Source: a virus
Lineage: Duplodnaviria > Caudoviricetes
Strand: one strand, 5' to 3'
Length of the DNA stretch: 64,000 bases
Virus record (IMG/VR): IMGVR_UViG_3300034053_000021
Span: 203 to 64,202 of that record
In this document: positions 62,947 to 64,000 of the stretch, piece by piece
How the letters are laid out: every line of letters starts with the position of its first letter
Position numbering within the stretch: the stretch's first letter is position 1
The notes under the pieces: generated by a model
The model's database searches: none
What the model was told of the DNA's origin: nothing
The model's input: the letters and a program-made list of their open reading frames with translations, nothing else
Translations under genes and position numbers: made by a program

Positions 62947-63251
62947 CTCGCGTACAGTGGAGTCCATGCCCCGCTGTTTTTTCGCACATACTCGATCTGT
63001 TCATCCATGATCGGGCCTTCGTAGCATCCGTCGCTGCAAAAACGAATCCATGCAACAGGCTTTGCCGTCTCGTCAGCGCCGACTTTTCTGCACTTGTCGC
63101 GCATCAGTTCAATCATCCGCTCGCGCTCCTGCGCTCTATCACTGTGGTGCTCAGCCGTTGCCCAGCAATCACGAAGATCCCTCAGCGCTACCGTGTCGTC
63201 AGTCGGGCAGTACTTCGGGTTTCGTGCCCTCATCCAGTTGTCGAAGGTCAT
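62934..63251 (-). CDS. Cassette gene (KPVAW...WTPLY module); stop codon inside attC6
   Basis: Start MTFDNW; ATGA-coupled. Confidence 0.75.
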   Translation of the reverse strand: MTFDNWMRARNPKYCPTDDTVALRDLRDCWATAEHHSDRAQERERMIELMRDKCRKVGADETAKPVAWIRFCSDGCYEGPIMDEQIEYVRKNSGAWTPLYARHNA

Positions 63252-63973
63252 GGCATCACCACCTTGCTTTCCGCTGGCGGTTTCGGCAACGGCATCCAAG
63301 TTGCAGCGGCCATCTTCTGGTTGCTGTGCCAGAAAATCCCGCCAATCCAAGCGCCGTGAACAGTCTTGCCGCCACGGACAAATAAAACCTCTTGTGCTTC
63401 TTGCGGAAGTTCATCAACCACGTCGCGCCAGCGCGGGGCATCTTCAAGTCGCTCAACCAGTCCAGCCACAAACCCGCCCTGTTCAAGTTCTTCCGTCGTC
63501 ACTCCGGTGCAAGCATTCACGCAGGCCGCAATCCTCCGGGCATCGGTTTTCCGTGGATTCACCATATCGAGCAATTTGCCAACACCTTCGTCGTCCCTCA
63601 GTAAAGAGGTGGAAAGCAGGTTATTTCGGTACATGTATTCCGCAGCCTTTACCGCTACGTCATTGGCCACCGATCCCTTGTTTATTTGCCTGCACAGGCG
63701 GTTAACCAATGCGGCAAGGTTCTCAATCGTGTCGATCAAACCAAGCACCGTCGCAGGGTTCGCCGCTGCGTAGAACTTCGCCAACTTGAGCGAATCATCT
63801 GCCGCGTAATACTGGTCGCAATCAACGGTTGTCACACAATACTTCTCACCGTCCTCGCTAATGTGGCCAACCGCTGCCGCAAGTTCGTCCTCCGCAGGGT
63901 CAAGCCACGCGGTATCGCAGTTGCTCCAGCCTTTCACGTCTTCGGCCAGTGCTTTCAGTTTTCCCAGTTCCAT
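63248..63973 (-). CDS. Cassette gene, Ead/Ea22-like N-terminus + DUF551-like C-terminus
   Basis: AKFYAAANPATVL.LI; NARRIAACVNAC-like motif; W....ELP...WMPLP.PP. Confidence 0.8.
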   Translation of the reverse strand: MELGKLKALAEDVKGWSNCDTAWLDPAEDELAAAVGHISEDGEKYCVTTVDCDQYYAADDSLKLAKFYAAANPATVLGLIDTIENLAALVNRLCRQINKGSVANDVAVKAAEYMYRNNLLSTSLLRDDEGVGKLLDMVNPRKTDARRIAACVNACTGVTTEELEQGGFVAGLVERLEDAPRWRDVVDELPQEAQEVLFVRGGKTVHGAWIGGIFWHSNQKMAAATWMPLPKPPAESKVVMP

Positions 63974-63995
63974 TCCTCGTCCTTTCATCGTTAAG

Positions 63996-64000
63996 GCATA
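63996..64000 (+). mobile_element. Probable start of attC site 7, truncated by the window edge
   Basis: AAGGCATA at the edge is complementary to GTTATGCCT at 62940 if the next two bases are AC. Confidence 0.55.

Noticed and set aside
1-64000. Integron integrase, prophage integrase or CI repressor
   Set aside because: No ORF with tyrosine- or serine-recombinase motifs was recognised. One may lie outside the window.
1-64000. tRNA, rRNA or tmRNA genes
   Set aside because: No cloverleaf with T-loop and D-loop consensus was seen by eye. tRNAscan or Aragorn would be needed to exclude them.

Overview
This window is most of a ~60% GC podovirus-like tailed phage genome, probably circularly permuted. 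It has three blocks. (1) A leftward early/accessory region (1-14.5 kb): N6-adenine methyltransferase, dATP/dGTP diphosphohydrolase-like protein, HNH and GIY-YIG endonucleases, DUF3150-like + VWA/peptidase + AAA module, a RuvC-less TnpB-like ORF and many small ORFs. (2) A rightward late region (14.7-48.4 kb): terminases, portal, GroES-like protein, scaffold, major capsid, adaptors, tail fibre, lysis genes, P22 gp10-like tail protein, internal virion proteins and a 2123-aa polyvalent protein. (3) A leftward replication/accessory region (48.5-64 kb): primase-helicase, SSB-like protein, SNF2 helicase, VRR-NUC, PD-(D/E)XK nuclease, PolA and dCTP deaminase. The main unexpected signal is an integron-type cassette array inside the phage. 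Six complete canonical attC sites (474-1841 and 62879-62946) plus a seventh cut by the right edge delimit small cassettes whose two ends are complementary over 8-11 bp. No intI or attI is visible. Every cassette gene is phage-like and lies antisense to canonical attC polarity, and several ORFs take their C-terminus from the neighbouring attC. Other notable signals are six copies of a 12-6-12 palindrome, a repeated 5' leader, and a pseudoknot-capable 5'UTR that can sequester the primase Shine-Dalgarno. All family names come from motif recognition by eye; no searches or folding were run.
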